NCBI GenBank assembly: GCA_963813715.1
Contig: CAWFAK010000007.1
Location: 672,001 to 736,000, forward strand
Reading direction: 5' to 3'
DNA: 64,000 nt
From: an uncultured Planctomycetaceae bacterium
GTDB taxonomy: Bacteria; Planctomycetota; Planctomycetia; Planctomycetales; Planctomycetaceae
Positions 1 to 12,378 of the stretch are shown piece after piece. Each line of letters opens with the position of its first letter. Position 1 is the stretch's first letter. The notes beneath the pieces were generated by a model. The model saw only the letters and a list, made by a program, of their open reading frames with translations. It was not told the origin of the DNA and did no database searches. Made by a program: the position numbers and the translations under genes.

Positions 1-307
1 AAAGGCACGGAGCCCAGGGGGCGTAAATTCCGGCGTGCATCAGTCGGGCTTCCAGCTGTGTGCGTTCGCGTTGGTCGTTGGGGACGAGCCGGGCGGCAAT
101 CGAGAGACTCCGGCCGCGCAGCTGTATCCCCGGCCAAAGGTCGGGCCGACTCGGCTTTCCGCGAGGAACGAACGCGGCCGTCGGCAGGTCGCGCAGCCGG
201 GCGTCGACGCGTTCGTCGATCGCCCAAATCCGCTGCAAGGAACACCAGCGTCACGCCGCTGACGGCCGAGAAACGTACAGAACATGACATGAGGCTGTCC
301 AGCTCAT
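1..307 (-). CDS. tadC: Tad pilus inner-membrane protein TadC-like (T2SS-F family), 5' part only, frameshifted, runs off the left edge
   Basis: Minus-strand ATG at 307 after a GAGGA Shine-Dalgarno. N-terminal hydrophobic stretch (AVSGVTLVFL) then 'AIDERVDARLRDL'. Lies directly downstream of tadB. Assignment rests mainly on gene order. Confidence 0.55.
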
Positions 308-320
308 CGCTGGTCTTTCC

Positions 321-1262
321 TCAGTATCGAAATTCACGATCCGTCGAATCCAAAAGACACCGACAGCTTCCGCGACGAGGACGGCCATCAGCAACGCGGA
401 CGATCCAGCAGAATCTGCGCGTACGTCGGTTGAGAAAAAACGCCACGAATGCCATCACCGGCAGGATCGAGAGCACGACGGCCTGCAGGCGGCCTTCGCT
501 CGTGCAGGCCTTGACTTTGCCAACCATCCGGATCCGCTTGCGAATGACATCCGACAGGTTGTCCAGAATTTCGACGGGTTGCCGCCCGCGTGCCGTGCAC
601 CAGCATGGCCACGACAAACAATTGCAATTCCATCACGCTGGTGCGCCGGGCCAACTCCTGCAAGGCGACTTCGTGCGACAAACCCAAGTTTTGCTGCTCG
701 CAGCAGCAGGCGAATTCCCCGAAAGCGGCGGCTTCAGTTGCGTGCGACCAGGGACATCGCGCCCGGCATCGTCTGCCCGGCCCTGACGGCGCGGCTCATG
801 AGCTCGAACGCTTCGGGAAGCTGCTGGCACAGCGTCTGGATCCGCGCTTGCGGCCGATGTGAACGTAGAACAGCGGCGCAGCGAACCCGCAATGCGGCCA
901 GCAAGCCGACCGGCCAGAGCCGCGTGAGCGTGAACCCCAGGACCGCCACCAGAGCCGCCGTCGCGGCAATCTGCAGGATTCGTTCCGGCTCGACCTGCAG
1001 GCCCGATTGCACGACCGTCGCCGACAAGCGCTGCCAGAACGGCGGCGCGGCGCGCCGTTTGCGCGTCGCAGAGACTTTGAGGTCCTTGAAAAGATCGGAT
1101 TTGCTGCGATCGTCCGTCCGCGTCGATTCCGAACTGGTCCCGGATCCGGTCGCGGATCCGCGCTTTTTCGCGCAGCACGAGATCGGAGATGATGGAGAAG
1201 ACCCCGACGACCGTCAGGGCGGCCGCCGCGAACGTCGCCAAATTGATGAGTTTCGGGTCCAT
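321..1262 (-). CDS. tadB: Tad pilus assembly protein TadB (T2SS-F family), split by several indels
   Basis: Fragments in three frames: N-terminal TM '[21 protein letters not shown]', '[18 protein letters not shown]', '[34 protein letters not shown]'. These are typical TadB motifs. Confidence 0.85.
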
Positions 1263-1264
1263 CA

Positions 1265-2626
1265 CCGCACGCTGTGTGGGCGAGGGGTCGAGTCGGTTCG
1301 GCTCGAGGATGCGCCGCTCAAAGATCAGCGGATCGACACGCTATGACCGTGCGCCGCAGGTGCTCCAGGCACGCGGGCGCAGGCCGGTGGCTCTGAAGAT
1401 GCCCACCGGCGACCTTGTTTTCGTCCACGCCCGTTTGCTCGAACACGAACAGGTCGTGCATCGTGATGACTTCTCCTTCCGCGCCGGTCACCTCGGAGAT
1501 CTGAACGACCTTGCGGGCTCCTCCGGCCAACCGCGAGCACTGCACGACGATGTTGATCGCCGAGGCAATTTGCCGGTGGATGAACCAGATCGGCAGGTCG
1601 AATCCGGCCATGCCGATCAGCATTTCGAGGCGGCTGATCGCGTCGCGGGTGTTGTTGGCGTGAATCGTCGTCAGGCCGCCGTCGTGTCCGGTGGTCATGG
1701 CCTGCAGCATGTCGAAGGCCTCGGCTCCGCGGCATTCGCCGACGATGATGCGATCGGGCCGCATCCGCAGCGCGTTGCGGACCAGGTCGCGGGTGGTCAC
1801 TTCTCCCTTGCCTTCGAGGTTGGCCGGCCGCGTCTCCATCCGGGCGACGTGCGGCTGCTGCAGCTGCAGTTCGGCGGCGTCTTCGATCGTGGCGATCCGC
1901 TCGTCGTCGGAGATGTAGGCCGAGAGCATGTTGAGGAAGGTCGTTTTGCCGCTGCCGGTGCCTCCGGAGATCAGGATGTTGAGCCGGCGCGCACGCACGC
2001 GGCCAGGAATTCGACCATCTCGGGCGTCACGGATTTTCGGGCGATCAGGTCGCTGGCCAGCAGCGGGCGGGACAGAAGCGGCGGATCGAAACCAGGGCCC
2101 CGTCGAGAGCCAGCGGGCGGATGACCGCGTTGACGCGGCTGCCATCGGGCAAGGCGGGCGTCGACCATGGGGCTCGATTCGTCGAGCCGGCGGCCGACGC
2201 GGCTGGCGATCCGCTGCACGATCTCCAGCACGTGCTGCTCGTCGTGAAAGACGACGTACGTGCGTTCCAGCCGGCCGCGGCGTTCGACGTAAACGGTCCG
2301 CGGGCCGTTGATCAGGATGTCGGTGATCGTCGGGTCGCGCAACAGCGGATCGATCGGCCCGAGCCCCAGCATCTCGTCGATGATTTCGTTGATGAGCCGC
2401 TCGCGCTCCTCCTGGCTCATCAGCTCGGCGCGGTCATTGCAAAGCTGCTCGATTCCCCGCCGCAGCTCGCGGCGCAGCTCGTAATCATCGACGTGCCGAT
2501 CGAGGGAAGGTGCAGCCGCGTAACGAGCTGCTTATGGATCTCTTTCTTCAGTCGAACGAGCCGCTCGTTGCCGATGGCCTGACTGCCTGTCGAAGGGGCG
2601 GTCCGGGGTCCAATGGGCTGAAACAC
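1265..2626 (-). CDS. cpaF: CpaF/TadA pilus assembly ATPase, frameshifted; 3' end approximate
   Basis: '[21 protein letters not shown]', Walker A '[11 protein letters not shown]', 'TIEDAAEL', '[19 protein letters not shown]', '[13 protein letters not shown]' across ORFs 2420-2626, 1971-2420 and 1318-2145. Confidence 0.93.
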
Positions 2627-2691
2627 GATCTATCCTCTCCTGCGGTTCGGTTCAATCTCGGATTAGCTGGGATGCGGTCAGCTGCTCGGGC

Positions 2692-3891
2692 TCAATGCCG
2701 AAGAGCGACTTCAGCCGTATCGGCGACCGGAGACTTGCGGCCGTTGGCTGCAGACGGCCGACCCCGGTCGACATCCGGAATGTCTGATCGCCAGAGTGCT
2801 TTGCAGGCGATGCCCGCGATCGCTTTGCCGATGGCGCTGCGGGCGACTTCCAGCATGACCGAGACGCCGCAATTGACGCACGAGTTGACGGTGTGGGCGT
2901 CCTCGGGCAGATAGTGCCGGATTTTCATCGCCGAGCACGGCTTCGGCCTGCGAGCACGCTGATTTCCTTGGGCCGGCCGTAGCGAGCGGCAACCAGCTGC
3001 ACCTTGCCCGGGTCGACGCCGGCCCGATCGATGGCGCTAGACACCGGTGGGCGTTGCGAATCCCCGGAAAGTCGAGACGTAAGAGCAGCAGGACCGTCGT
3101 GCTCTGCTGCAGCACCGGCGACATTTCCGCTCAGCCAGGGGGAATTGAGGTCGACGACGACGGACGGGAAAAACGCCTTCCCGAATCGCAGACTTTTTGC
3201 AGTCCCTCGGCCGAGATCAACCGGGCATCTTCCCACTCTTCCGGAGCCGCCAGCACGAAGACGCCGCTCGGGTGCTCAACCAGCGACTGCTCGAACATCT
3301 TCTGGTCGAGCTTGTCGATGTTGTGGCACAAGTCGGCGATGCTGTGACGCGGTTTCAGATTGAGACAAGTCGCCACGTCGGCGCCGGCGACATCCAGATC
3401 GAACAGGCCGCACCGACCCTCGACCGTGCGCAAGCTCGACGGCCAGGTTCGCGGCAAAGAACGTCCGACCACAGCCTCCGTTGGCTGCGACGATCGTGAT
3501 CAGGCGACCCGACGTCAGCGCGCTTGGAAGCCGACTCGAGCAGCCGAGTCAGGGCCGAGGAAGATCGCTGTTAAGATCGCTCGATTCGTCGAGATAGTCG
3601 TTCGCCCCGGCGTGCAGCGTGCCCAGGATCAGGTTGGGATCCCGCGGACCGACCGCCAAAATTGGCGTCTCGACGGCCTCGCGAAGTGGCGCAACAGGGC
3701 CAGAGACGGTCGTCATCCTGAGACAACACAAAGACGATCAGGTCAGGCTGCGGCTGAATTGGATGCGGCGGCCTGCCGCGCAGCATCGATTGTCACCACA
3801 TTGTGAATGGGCAATCGTGGCCGTTCTGCGTCAGATGATGACGAAGCCGGGTCGCTTTCGTCTGGCAGTCGCTGGCGATCAGGATTGCCAT
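2692..3891 (-). CDS. cpaE: CpaE/TadZ-like receiver + MinD-like pilus assembly protein, frameshifted
   Basis: GGAGG SD then ATG at 3891 (MAILIASDCQ). Receiver-like 'DPNLILGTLHAGANDYLDE', 'CGLFDLDVAGADVATCLNLKPRHSIADLCHNIDKLD', 'HPSGVFVLAAP'. Immediately upstream of cpaF. Confidence 0.8.
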
Positions 3892-4017
3892 GGCATGAAC
3901 CTCCCGTGGCTGAGGCGAACCGATTGTCGCACCGACTCCGTCGCTTCCCGGCTCCGATCAGACCGGGAAAACTCGAGTGACTCAGAATTCCGAACTCACG
4001 CGTCTCTGAAATGGCGG

Positions 4018-4036
4018 GCGTCAGCCAGGCTGACGC
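4018..4036. promoter_or_regulatory. Perfect 9-bp inverted repeat (GCGTCAGCC-A-GGCTGACGC), candidate operator about 130 bp upstream of cpaE
   Basis: Exact dyad read from the sequence in the non-coding region 5' of the tad genes. Function is inferred. Confidence 0.4.
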
Positions 4037-5333
4037 ACCAAGACAGAGTCTTAGCGTTCGAGAGAGCATGGCCCACTGGGTCCTGTCGACGAGTAGTGGG
4101 CTATGTTCAACACGCGTAATTCCGCAGTTTCGTGGTTCGCGAATCGGGAGATGGTGGGATGGTCCGACTTTCGGATCGGCAAAGCTGCGGCAAAAAAATG
4201 GACGTATATCAATCTTCGGGCGGGCAGACCGCCCGCGCTCGGCAAAAGGCGAAGATGTACGCGCTTTTACCTAACGATTTTGCCTATCTCATAAGACAAT
4301 CGAGGAAACGAATAAGTCGTTCGCTCCAGAAGATCCAGGGCATAGCGGACACTTTTTACCGTCAGATGAATCGCAAGGACGATCGGCTCGGTCGCCCACG
4401 CCTGCCTACTGATGGGGTCGTAGGGGCCGCGAGGCCAGGGCACCTGAGGCTCGTTTCAACCACACATTGCCCGGATCCCGGCTTGACCAACGATTCTGCA
4501 GCGCGCAATCAGTCCGGACTAATCCCTACTTCCTGACAACCAGACTGCGTCGCCGCCGCACCCACCCCTGGATGTGGCAGCCAGGACGACGGCTGAATTC
4601 CCGACCCGCGGCCCAGAAACCCAACGGTCATGTCGAATCGGCGGCCTCGGCGTCGGAACCGGTGGTTTTCTGGCGATTGCTACACGAGTCTTAAAAAACA
4701 ACTACTCGTGCAAATGCCCGAAGAGCGTTTCGTAATGCCTACGGCCTGCAAGCCCGGCATTCGCCAGTCGCTGACGGCCTGAGTATCCCGCGATCGGTTG
4801 AGCATCGCTTCCGGGATGGGCCGTCCAGACATCGCCGTGTAATGGCTCCGCGCCCTTGCCTCCCACATACCGGCACGTGGCTCTGTGGAGCTTTTGGTCG
4901 GTCGGCCCGTTCAATTGCAGAACGTAGCCTTCCGGGTGCTCCTCCAGCCATGCCAGATAGCGGCGATGGTCCTCGGCGCCGGAGCTTCTTCCATTAGGGC
5001 CCTAGTTCTGGCGCTGACAATCCTGCAATCCGCCGCTGCAACTCGCGCATGCTTTTCGCTCATTGTGTGATTCATTCCGGTGCCGTTTGGCACGGCGGCG
5101 GCGATTGGTTTCAGCCGGTCTGATCCCGCTATCGACCGCACTAGAGCACACTCTCGTCTACAGACAAGAGATCGCAGCATTTTCGCGACCAATGGTCGCG
5201 CGTGTGACGTGGTGTGAGACCATATGTCGCACACCGCGGGGGAGTGCTTAAGAGAAGAGTCTCTGCTTATTAATAAGGCGATGGTTTGGAGAGTCAATAG
5301 ACGTCGCAAGCACGCCCAATCGCCTCAGCGACT

Positions 5334-6710
5334 TCACCTCATCGCTTTACGCCTATCCATGGCCTTGTCGTGTTGGAGAATCCGGTACAGCGTGCGTCGA
5401 TGCATTCCGAGCTCTTGCCGCGGCCGCCTTGTTGCCACCGTGCCTCCGGACGATCTCACGCACGACATGTCCTTCGATCGATCGCAAGTTTCCACTGAGA
5501 GGCACCGTGATGGTGTCACAAGTTGGGAGTGAAGTGAGCACTGAGGTATAGCATGCAAAATACTATCGAAGTCATCTCCATCTTTTATTGAAAGAGCAAT
5601 TGCGACCACATTGCTAATTCGCCAACATTCCCGGGCCAATCGAACTGAAGCATTGCCTGCCACGTGTTCTCGGTAACCTTCCGGCGGAAGGTTCCCGAAT
5701 CTGAGTATGCCGCCGGCAAAATCGCTCGAGAAAATGATGGACGATCGCCCGGATGTCATCCGGGCGTTCACGGAGCGGAGCGATGCTCAGCCGAGTCAAA
5801 CGTCACGCAGTCATGAGCCCACGATACAAGCCCCCTCCCGCAAGGGCGGCATCCAAACTTATGTCGGTGGCGGCAATCACTCGAACCGGAAGACCGCTGG
5901 GATCACGAGCACCCGCTGCGGAAATGCACGCCGCTTCAACCATTTCGAGAAGCTGCTCTGCCCCAAATGGCAGCTCGGCAATCTGGTCAAAGTAGAGAGT
6001 GCATCGGGGCATCGAAGGCTGAGAGGCAGCCGTCGCTCGAAGGCGGACCGACTTCCGCCAGTGAACGGGTTCCGAGCCGGGACGGGCCTCTTGCAGCTCA
6101 GCACACGCGAAACGAATGAACGAAGCGTCTGCCTTCGCATCTCTGCGATCGATCCATCGCGGGATCAACTGCTTGCCGACGCCGGCTTCTCCTTCGATGC
6201 AGATCGGCAATGCGCTTCGGCAAGTTGTTCGGCGTCCTTGAACGCCGTACGCATCTGCAGCTGACCATGACGTCGTCGTCCAAGGACAACAACGGATTAG
6301 CTCCCTCTGTCTGGCGATCCATGTCGAGTGGCCGTTTAATCGGCTTCTCGGACGGCACAATGGCGCAGCAAGAAGACTCTGACTACTGATTGGTTTGACG
6401 ACGTAATCGCGGACGCCATGCCGCATCGCCTCCACGGCGGAATCGAGGGTTCCGAAGCCGGTGATGACGATCGCCGCGAGATCGGGCTGGATTCGAAGCG
6501 AAGACTCAATCAGGTCGAGACCGTTCGATCCGTGCAGGTGCAAATCCGTGAGTAGAACGTCGAACGACTCCGATTTCAAAATCTGAAGCGCAGGTCGCGC
6601 AGGCGCATCGCGCAGCGAAACTTGGCGACGCAGGCGCTCAGCACCGCTTCGACAAAACGACAAATCTGGATCTCGTCATCGACGACGAGGACCCTGGATC
6701 CCTGCTGCAT
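5334..6710 (-). CDS. NtrC/Fis-family response regulator (REC + AAA+ + Fis HTH), frameshifted, no visible GAFTGA loop
   Basis: ATG at 6710 'MQQGSRVLVVDDE', 'FDVLLTDLHL', 'ITGFGTLDSAVEAMRHG', Walker A-like 'GEAGVGKQ', 'VRVIAAT', 'PLRERPDDI', HTH 'HGGNKAAAA..ELGMHRRTLYR'. Confidence 0.85.
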
Positions 6711-7044
6711 GCCCGGGCCCGATCAGAGACTTTTCAACTATACGCACAATTGAGAGGTGAAGCAACCGTCAGAATTGAGGTCGTTGAGTCGCGTGATCAT
6801 TCAACCTTAGACAATAACGTGGCTATTATAAACCTAATGCGACTGCCAGAAAATCGTAGACCAATCTTTGCTCAAGCGAGCTCCCTGCCAGAGACGGCTT
6901 TGAACGGACGCCTTTGTGATGGCTTGTTTGACTGAGGATGGCCGCATTTTGCCGCGGGGCGTAAAAGTTTGTTGAACGCGCCGACGCGTCTAGATTCAAG
7001 CAGACTTCCCTCTAACCAACGCTTCGGCGGCGGGAGGGCGACGG

Positions 7045-9346
7045 ATGACCGAATCCGATCGCGCCGAAACGGAATTCAACCGCAAGCGCGCCGAGGAGGA
7101 ATTGCGGCGGACGTGGGAGCTCCTCCGGGCCGTCGCCGACGAGGTGAGCGACGCGATTTTCGTCAAGGACCGAGGTGGCAAATACCTCGTGTTCAACAAG
7201 GCGGCCAGCCGTCTAACCGGTAAGTCGGCTGCGGAGGTGCTCGGGCGGGACGACACTGCGATCTTCGATCTCCACGACGCACGTCATGCAACGGGACCGC
7301 CGGGTCATGGAGGCCGGCGTCGCCGAGACGCAAGAGGAGGACCTGACTGCCGATGGCGTGGCCCGCACCTACCTGGCGACCAAGGCCCCCTATTACGACG
7401 AGCGTGGAAACGTCGGCGGCGTGATCGGTATCTCCCGCGACATCACCGACTGGAAGCGCGCCGAGGCGGTCCTGCGCGATCGGGAAGAACTCTACCGGTT
7501 ATTGACCGAAAAGGCGAACGACTTCATACGCCTGCACGATCTTACCGGCCGGAGCATCTATTGCAGCCCTTCGGTCGAGCGCCTCTACGGCCGTGTCCCA
7601 ATGACTCTCTTCGAGTTCCAACACCCTGACGATGCGGAGACCTGCCGGCGGTGGTGGGAGCACGTGTTGGCCGGAAGTGAGGAGCTATTGTACTGGCGTG
7701 TCCGTAGCAAGGATGGTACTTGGCAGTGGCTCAAAACGCAGGCGTCGATTGTGCCGTACCACGGGACGCCGCATGTGATGACTGTCTGCCACGATGTGAC
7801 CCTGCGGAAAGCGGCGCAAGACGCGTTAGGCCGAAGCGAGCGTCTCTTGCACCAGGTCTGAACGCAGTACCCGTGGGCGTTGTGGTCGTCGATCTGTCCG
7901 GGAACATCATCCTCGGCAACCCGGCCTCCCAGCGAGTCTGGGGGGGAATGATCACTGCCGGGTCCGAGCGTTACGCCAAGTCCAAGGGTTGGTGGCACGC
8001 CACGGGGAGGCCAATTGGGCCGGAAGAGTGGCCTTCGATGGCGGCCGTCACCACCGGGCAAGCCTCGGTCAAGCAGCTCATCGACATCGAGGCGTTCGAC
8101 GGCGTGCGGAAGGTCATCGAAAACTGGTCGGTCCCGATCCGGGCTGACGACGACAGCATCACCGGAGCGGTTGTGATCAACGAGGACGTCACCGACGTCT
8201 TGCGCCTCGAGGATCAGTTCCGGCAGGCCCAGAAGATGGAGGCGATCGGCCAGCTGGCCGGGGGCATGGCCCACGACTTCAACAACCTGCTCACGATCAT
8301 CAACGGTATCAGCGAATTAGTCCGAGCCAATTTCCGCCGGACGACCCGATCGCGAGACTGGCTCCTGGAGATCCGACAGGCCGGGCGAGCGAGCCGCGTC
8401 CCTGACCGGCCAACTCCTGGCATTCAGCCGCAAGCAAGTCGTGGAGCCGCAAGTGCTGAACCTAAACGCGTCGTCACCAACACGATGAAGATGCTGGGAC
8501 GGCTGATCGGAGAGGACGTCGAACTGAACACCGTGTTGGCCCCGAGCTGGGCGGGTGAGGGCCGAGCCGGGCCAGATCGAGCAAGTGATCTATCAACCTG
8601 GCCGTGAATGCGCGCGACGCCATGCCGCAGGGTGGCAAGCTGACCATCGAAACGGGCAACGCCGAACTGGATGAGACGTACACCGCAACCCACCCGGAGT
8701 CAGTTCGGGGCGGTATCGTCATGCTGGCAGTGAGCGACACAGGGTTGGCATGGAGAGGCGACCAAGGCCCACATGTTCGAGCCGTTCTTCACCACCAAAG
8801 GACCTGGCAAGGGCACGGGCCTCGGCCTGGCGACCGTCTACGGCATCGTCAAACAAGGCGCTGGTCATGTTGTCGTTTTCAGCGAACCGGGGAAGGGCAC
8901 TGCTTTCAAGATTTACCTTCCTCTCGTCGAAGAGGTCATTCCGTCGGGCAAGTCCGCGCGGACCTGCAAACCCCACCTCACGGCAACGAAACGATCCTCC
9001 TAGCAGAAGATGAACCAGCCGTTCGGGTGCTGGCTCGTCAGGTTTTGCAGATTTACGGCTACACGATCCTTGAAGCCGCCCAAGGTGAGATGTGCTTCAG
9101 ATTGCCGAGACATACAAGGGCACAATCCACCTGCTGGTGACGGACGTGGTCATGCCCGTAATGAGCGGTCGGCAGCTCGCCGAGTGCCTCGTTGCCATTC
9201 GACCCGGCATCAAGGTGTTGTACCTTTCGGGATACACCGATGACGCAGTGATTCGGCACGGGCTCTTGCAGGCGGAAACGGCCCTCCTTCAAAAGCCGTT
9301 CACCCCGAGTTCGCTTGCGTCAAAGGTGCGGGAAGTGCTGGATTAA
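7045..9346 (+). CDS. Hybrid multi-PAS sensor histidine kinase with C-terminal receiver (CckA-like architecture), frameshifted
   Basis: PAS segments, H-box '[23 protein letters not shown]', '[12 protein letters not shown]', '[18 protein letters not shown]', REC 'ILLAEDE', '[10 protein letters not shown]', 'LQKPF'. Stop TAA at 9344-9346. Confidence 0.92.
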
Positions 9347-10012
9347 TAAAAATAAGGAGACCAGGGGCCGCCCAACCAAACGTCGAAGCTGAGCGGCGGT
9401 CCCTAGGCGGTGACGAATTGCCGAATCAGCTTGGCACCTGGAGCGTGCATCGGCGGAGTTGGTCAGTCGAAGCCGCGGTGCAGAAAATGCGTATATTACT
9501 CATCGGGGCAGCCACAGCTCCGCGTTCGGTATAAATTTCGAGAACTTAATCCACGGATCGTAGTCTTTTTCACCATGTCTAAAGTTAAGGATTGGATGGA
9601 TCGCTCGTCTAAACCTTGATCACGAGTTGAGACGAAGCAGGCCGGCGTTGCATCCGATGGCGCCGGCCGAGTTCGATTCCCAGTTCGTCTACAGCGAGGC
9701 GGGATTGGGGGGAGACAGCGAGATCCAGTGGGAGACGGCCGCGACTGGATTGCAGAGCCTTCGATTGGCAGTCGCACCCAAGCGGTGCCTCGCGGGCCAC
9801 GCGCAAGCCGAGATCGCCTGAGCCGCATTTCAACCGGCGACTGAGCATCTGCGCGAACAGCAGCCCGATTGGCGATTGAGCGACCGAGCTCGATGGCTCG
9901 GCAATCCCTACAGACCCCACACTCCGAACTGCCTCCTCGTCCGCCGGCTCTCGCCTGCAACGGGCATGCTACGGTTGAGTGGCCGCATCAACATTCGTCC
10001 AGGCAAGAACAC

Positions 10013-11777
10013 ATGCCCAAACGCCGACTGAAAGCCCTCGTGGTCGATGACGAGAAGAGCGTGCGTTCGCTCGTCATCGGCTGGTTGTTTCGCGAAGGAT
10101 TTCTCTGCAACGAGGCCGAAGACGGATCCCAGGCACTCCAAGAAATCAATAGGCGCGATACGACCTTGTCGTGACCGACCTTCGGATGCCCAATCGGCAC
10201 GGGCATTCGCTCTGCCAGGCTGTTCTGGATGCAGAGGATCGGCCACGGCTGGTGGTGCTTACCGGGGTCGACGACCCGAGAATCGTCCGGGACCTGGAAT
10301 TGCGCGGGGTCGACCATATCTTCAAGAAACCAATCAATCCGCCCGAGTTTGTGAATCGGATCCGGGAGCTGACTCAAAGTTGCATCGCTCAACGCGGCAA
10401 CTCAGCGAATCAGTCCGGTGCGACTCCTTCTTGTCGGACGCGAAGACGCCTGATGGCGACGACGCAGCCCGGCTGCCGTCCGTCGCCGTCCTCTTGCATG
10501 ATCTGAGTCGAGCCAAGCGCTCGCGACGCTGTTGAAACATGAATCAATCCTGCCGCTCGTGCTGGACACCACCGACGCGCTTTGCCGCCTCGCCGAAAGC
10601 CGCCATCTCGACCTGCTCGTGCTGGAGGACGCACGATTTGGCTTTCTCGGGCCGAAGGATCTCGTCGGACATCTCAAATCCGCGGCGGCAATGATGCAGA
10701 TTGTTCTTGTCGGCAACGAGGGCAAGGCGTCGCCGGACGTGTCGACGTGGGCCACCGCGCCAAGTGGCTGCCCGCGACGGCAACGGACCCTGAAATCGTC
10801 CTGGCAGTTCGCGGCAAGATTACCTCGCTGACTCGATTTCGTAGCAACATCTCCGCGCAGGCTCGCGAGCTGACGCGTCCATTCGCCAACCTTTCGAGCC
10901 CAGCGGATCCAGTTGAATTTGGCAACCCACCTCACCGTGGCAGGGGCGGCGGAGAAGCCGGATCGCCTGGCGGCCGACGTCATGGCCGATCCCGAGCTGA
11001 CGGCGGACCTTCTGCGGCTGGCGAACGGAGCGAGTGCAGGCGTGCGAGGCCAAGTCTCATCCGTCGCCGACGCGATCAGCCGAATCGGAGTCGCCCGATC
11101 CGCGGCATTGCTCGTTTCGTCGGGGATCAAAGGGGCAGAAAAGCCGATGATGCGTCGCATGTCGTCGGCGATACGAGAATGGTATCAGCGTCGCAGTACG
11201 CTGAACGCGGTTCTGACGTCGGTCTTTGCCCAAAAGTGTCTTGGGTTCTCCGGGGATTGCGCCTTCATCCTGGGTTTGTTGCAGGATCTGGGGATTGCCG
11301 TGTTGGCCGCGACATTCGAGGACCGCTACGCACGTCTGGTGTCTCGAGCCCGTTCATGTGGCCCAACACATTTACACGTCGTCGAGCGGGAAGATCTTCA
11401 GAATCGACCATTCCGAGGTATCGGCCGCGCTGATGGAACAGTGGGGCTTCCCCGAGGAGCTGTCGATCGCTGTTCGCACTCACCATTCCCCCAAGCCAGC
11501 CGATCGTGACGACCGACGTGCAGGCTCGGTCACTGAAGCCATGCGGCTGGCCGAAAGCGTCGCCGATCTTTGCGACAACCGTCATCCGAGCCGTCGTCAG
11601 GAATTCCTGCGTCAATTTTCCGCGTGTGCCGCAGGAAAAGTCCCGCCGACAGTCGAATCACTCGAGCAATCAACGGCGCCTGCGTCCGACCTGGCGCAGC
11701 AATTCCGTATTCCGCTTCTTGATGAAGCGTCGCTCAAAAGCCTCTTTCGCAACGTTTGTCATCGGTCGCCCGCTTAA
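10013..11777 (+). CDS. Response regulator with receiver domain(s) and C-terminal HDOD domain, frameshifted
   Basis: 'LKALVVDDEKSVR', 'TDLRMP', HDOD motifs 'DPELTADLLRLANGA...VSSVADAISRIG', 'AFILGLLQDLG', 'DHSEVSAALMEQWGFPEEL'. Confidence 0.85.
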
Positions 11778-11855
11778 GACATCAGCGGAACCGTTCTCAC
11801 CGGAGCGGGTCCAGTCAAAAATTCACCGGCACGCGTGATTCGGCCAACGATCCGC

Positions 11856-12240
11856 CCGATCACAGCCGCCATTTCGCGTTTTAGTCGAAATTGACGATCC
11901 GCGTTCCGGGTCCGGTCGGAATCTTTGGTCGCAGGTACGGCTTGTCCCGCTGCTTTGTGGCACGCGTAGCAGCTCTCCAGCGAGAACTTGTGTGTCGCGA
12001 CAAAACGCTCATCATTCTTGGATTTGAGGGGCTCAGGCGCGACGCGTAGCGACTCAGCGACGCACACAAGCGTCGGGTTCAGCATCAACAGCGTTTCCCG
12101 ATCCGCGGTTGGCAGAATCGTCTCAAGCAGCCTGGCTTGTTGACGAAGAACGGGCAGCGCATCCGCAGGCGATGCTGTGGGAAGTAGGTCGGCCGGCGTA
12201 GCCCCCAACGCCCTCGCCAGCCGATCCACGAGGTCGATTC
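11856..12240 (-). pseudogene. Gene debris: C-terminal part of an XRE-like HTH regulator abutting the C-terminal part of a CxxCH protein
   Basis: 'VDRLARALGATPADLLP' (end of an XRE HTH) followed by 'FSLESCYACHKA..KPYLRPKIP'. Neither fragment has its N-terminus. Boundaries approximate. Confidence 0.45.
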
Positions 12241-12378
12241 CGGGTGTGGCACCGCCAGTCTCAAGTCGCCAAATGTAGGAAACCGTGACGTGGGTTTGCC
12301 GCTACGATTCCCCTGGGTAGCCGAGCGGCCGACGGGCTGCCGGCCGACACACCACTGCTGAGGGTTCCTTCGAGACTC

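Noticed and set aside
4500..5330. Short ORFs between the tad leader and the NtrC-like gene, and at 9400-10000
   Set aside because: No recognisable motifs or consistent starts, so I cannot support them as genes.
9365..9470. GCCCAAC... stretch after the hybrid kinase, resembling an integron attC start
   Set aside because: No matching GTTRRRY end or extended dyad, and no integron integrase in the window.
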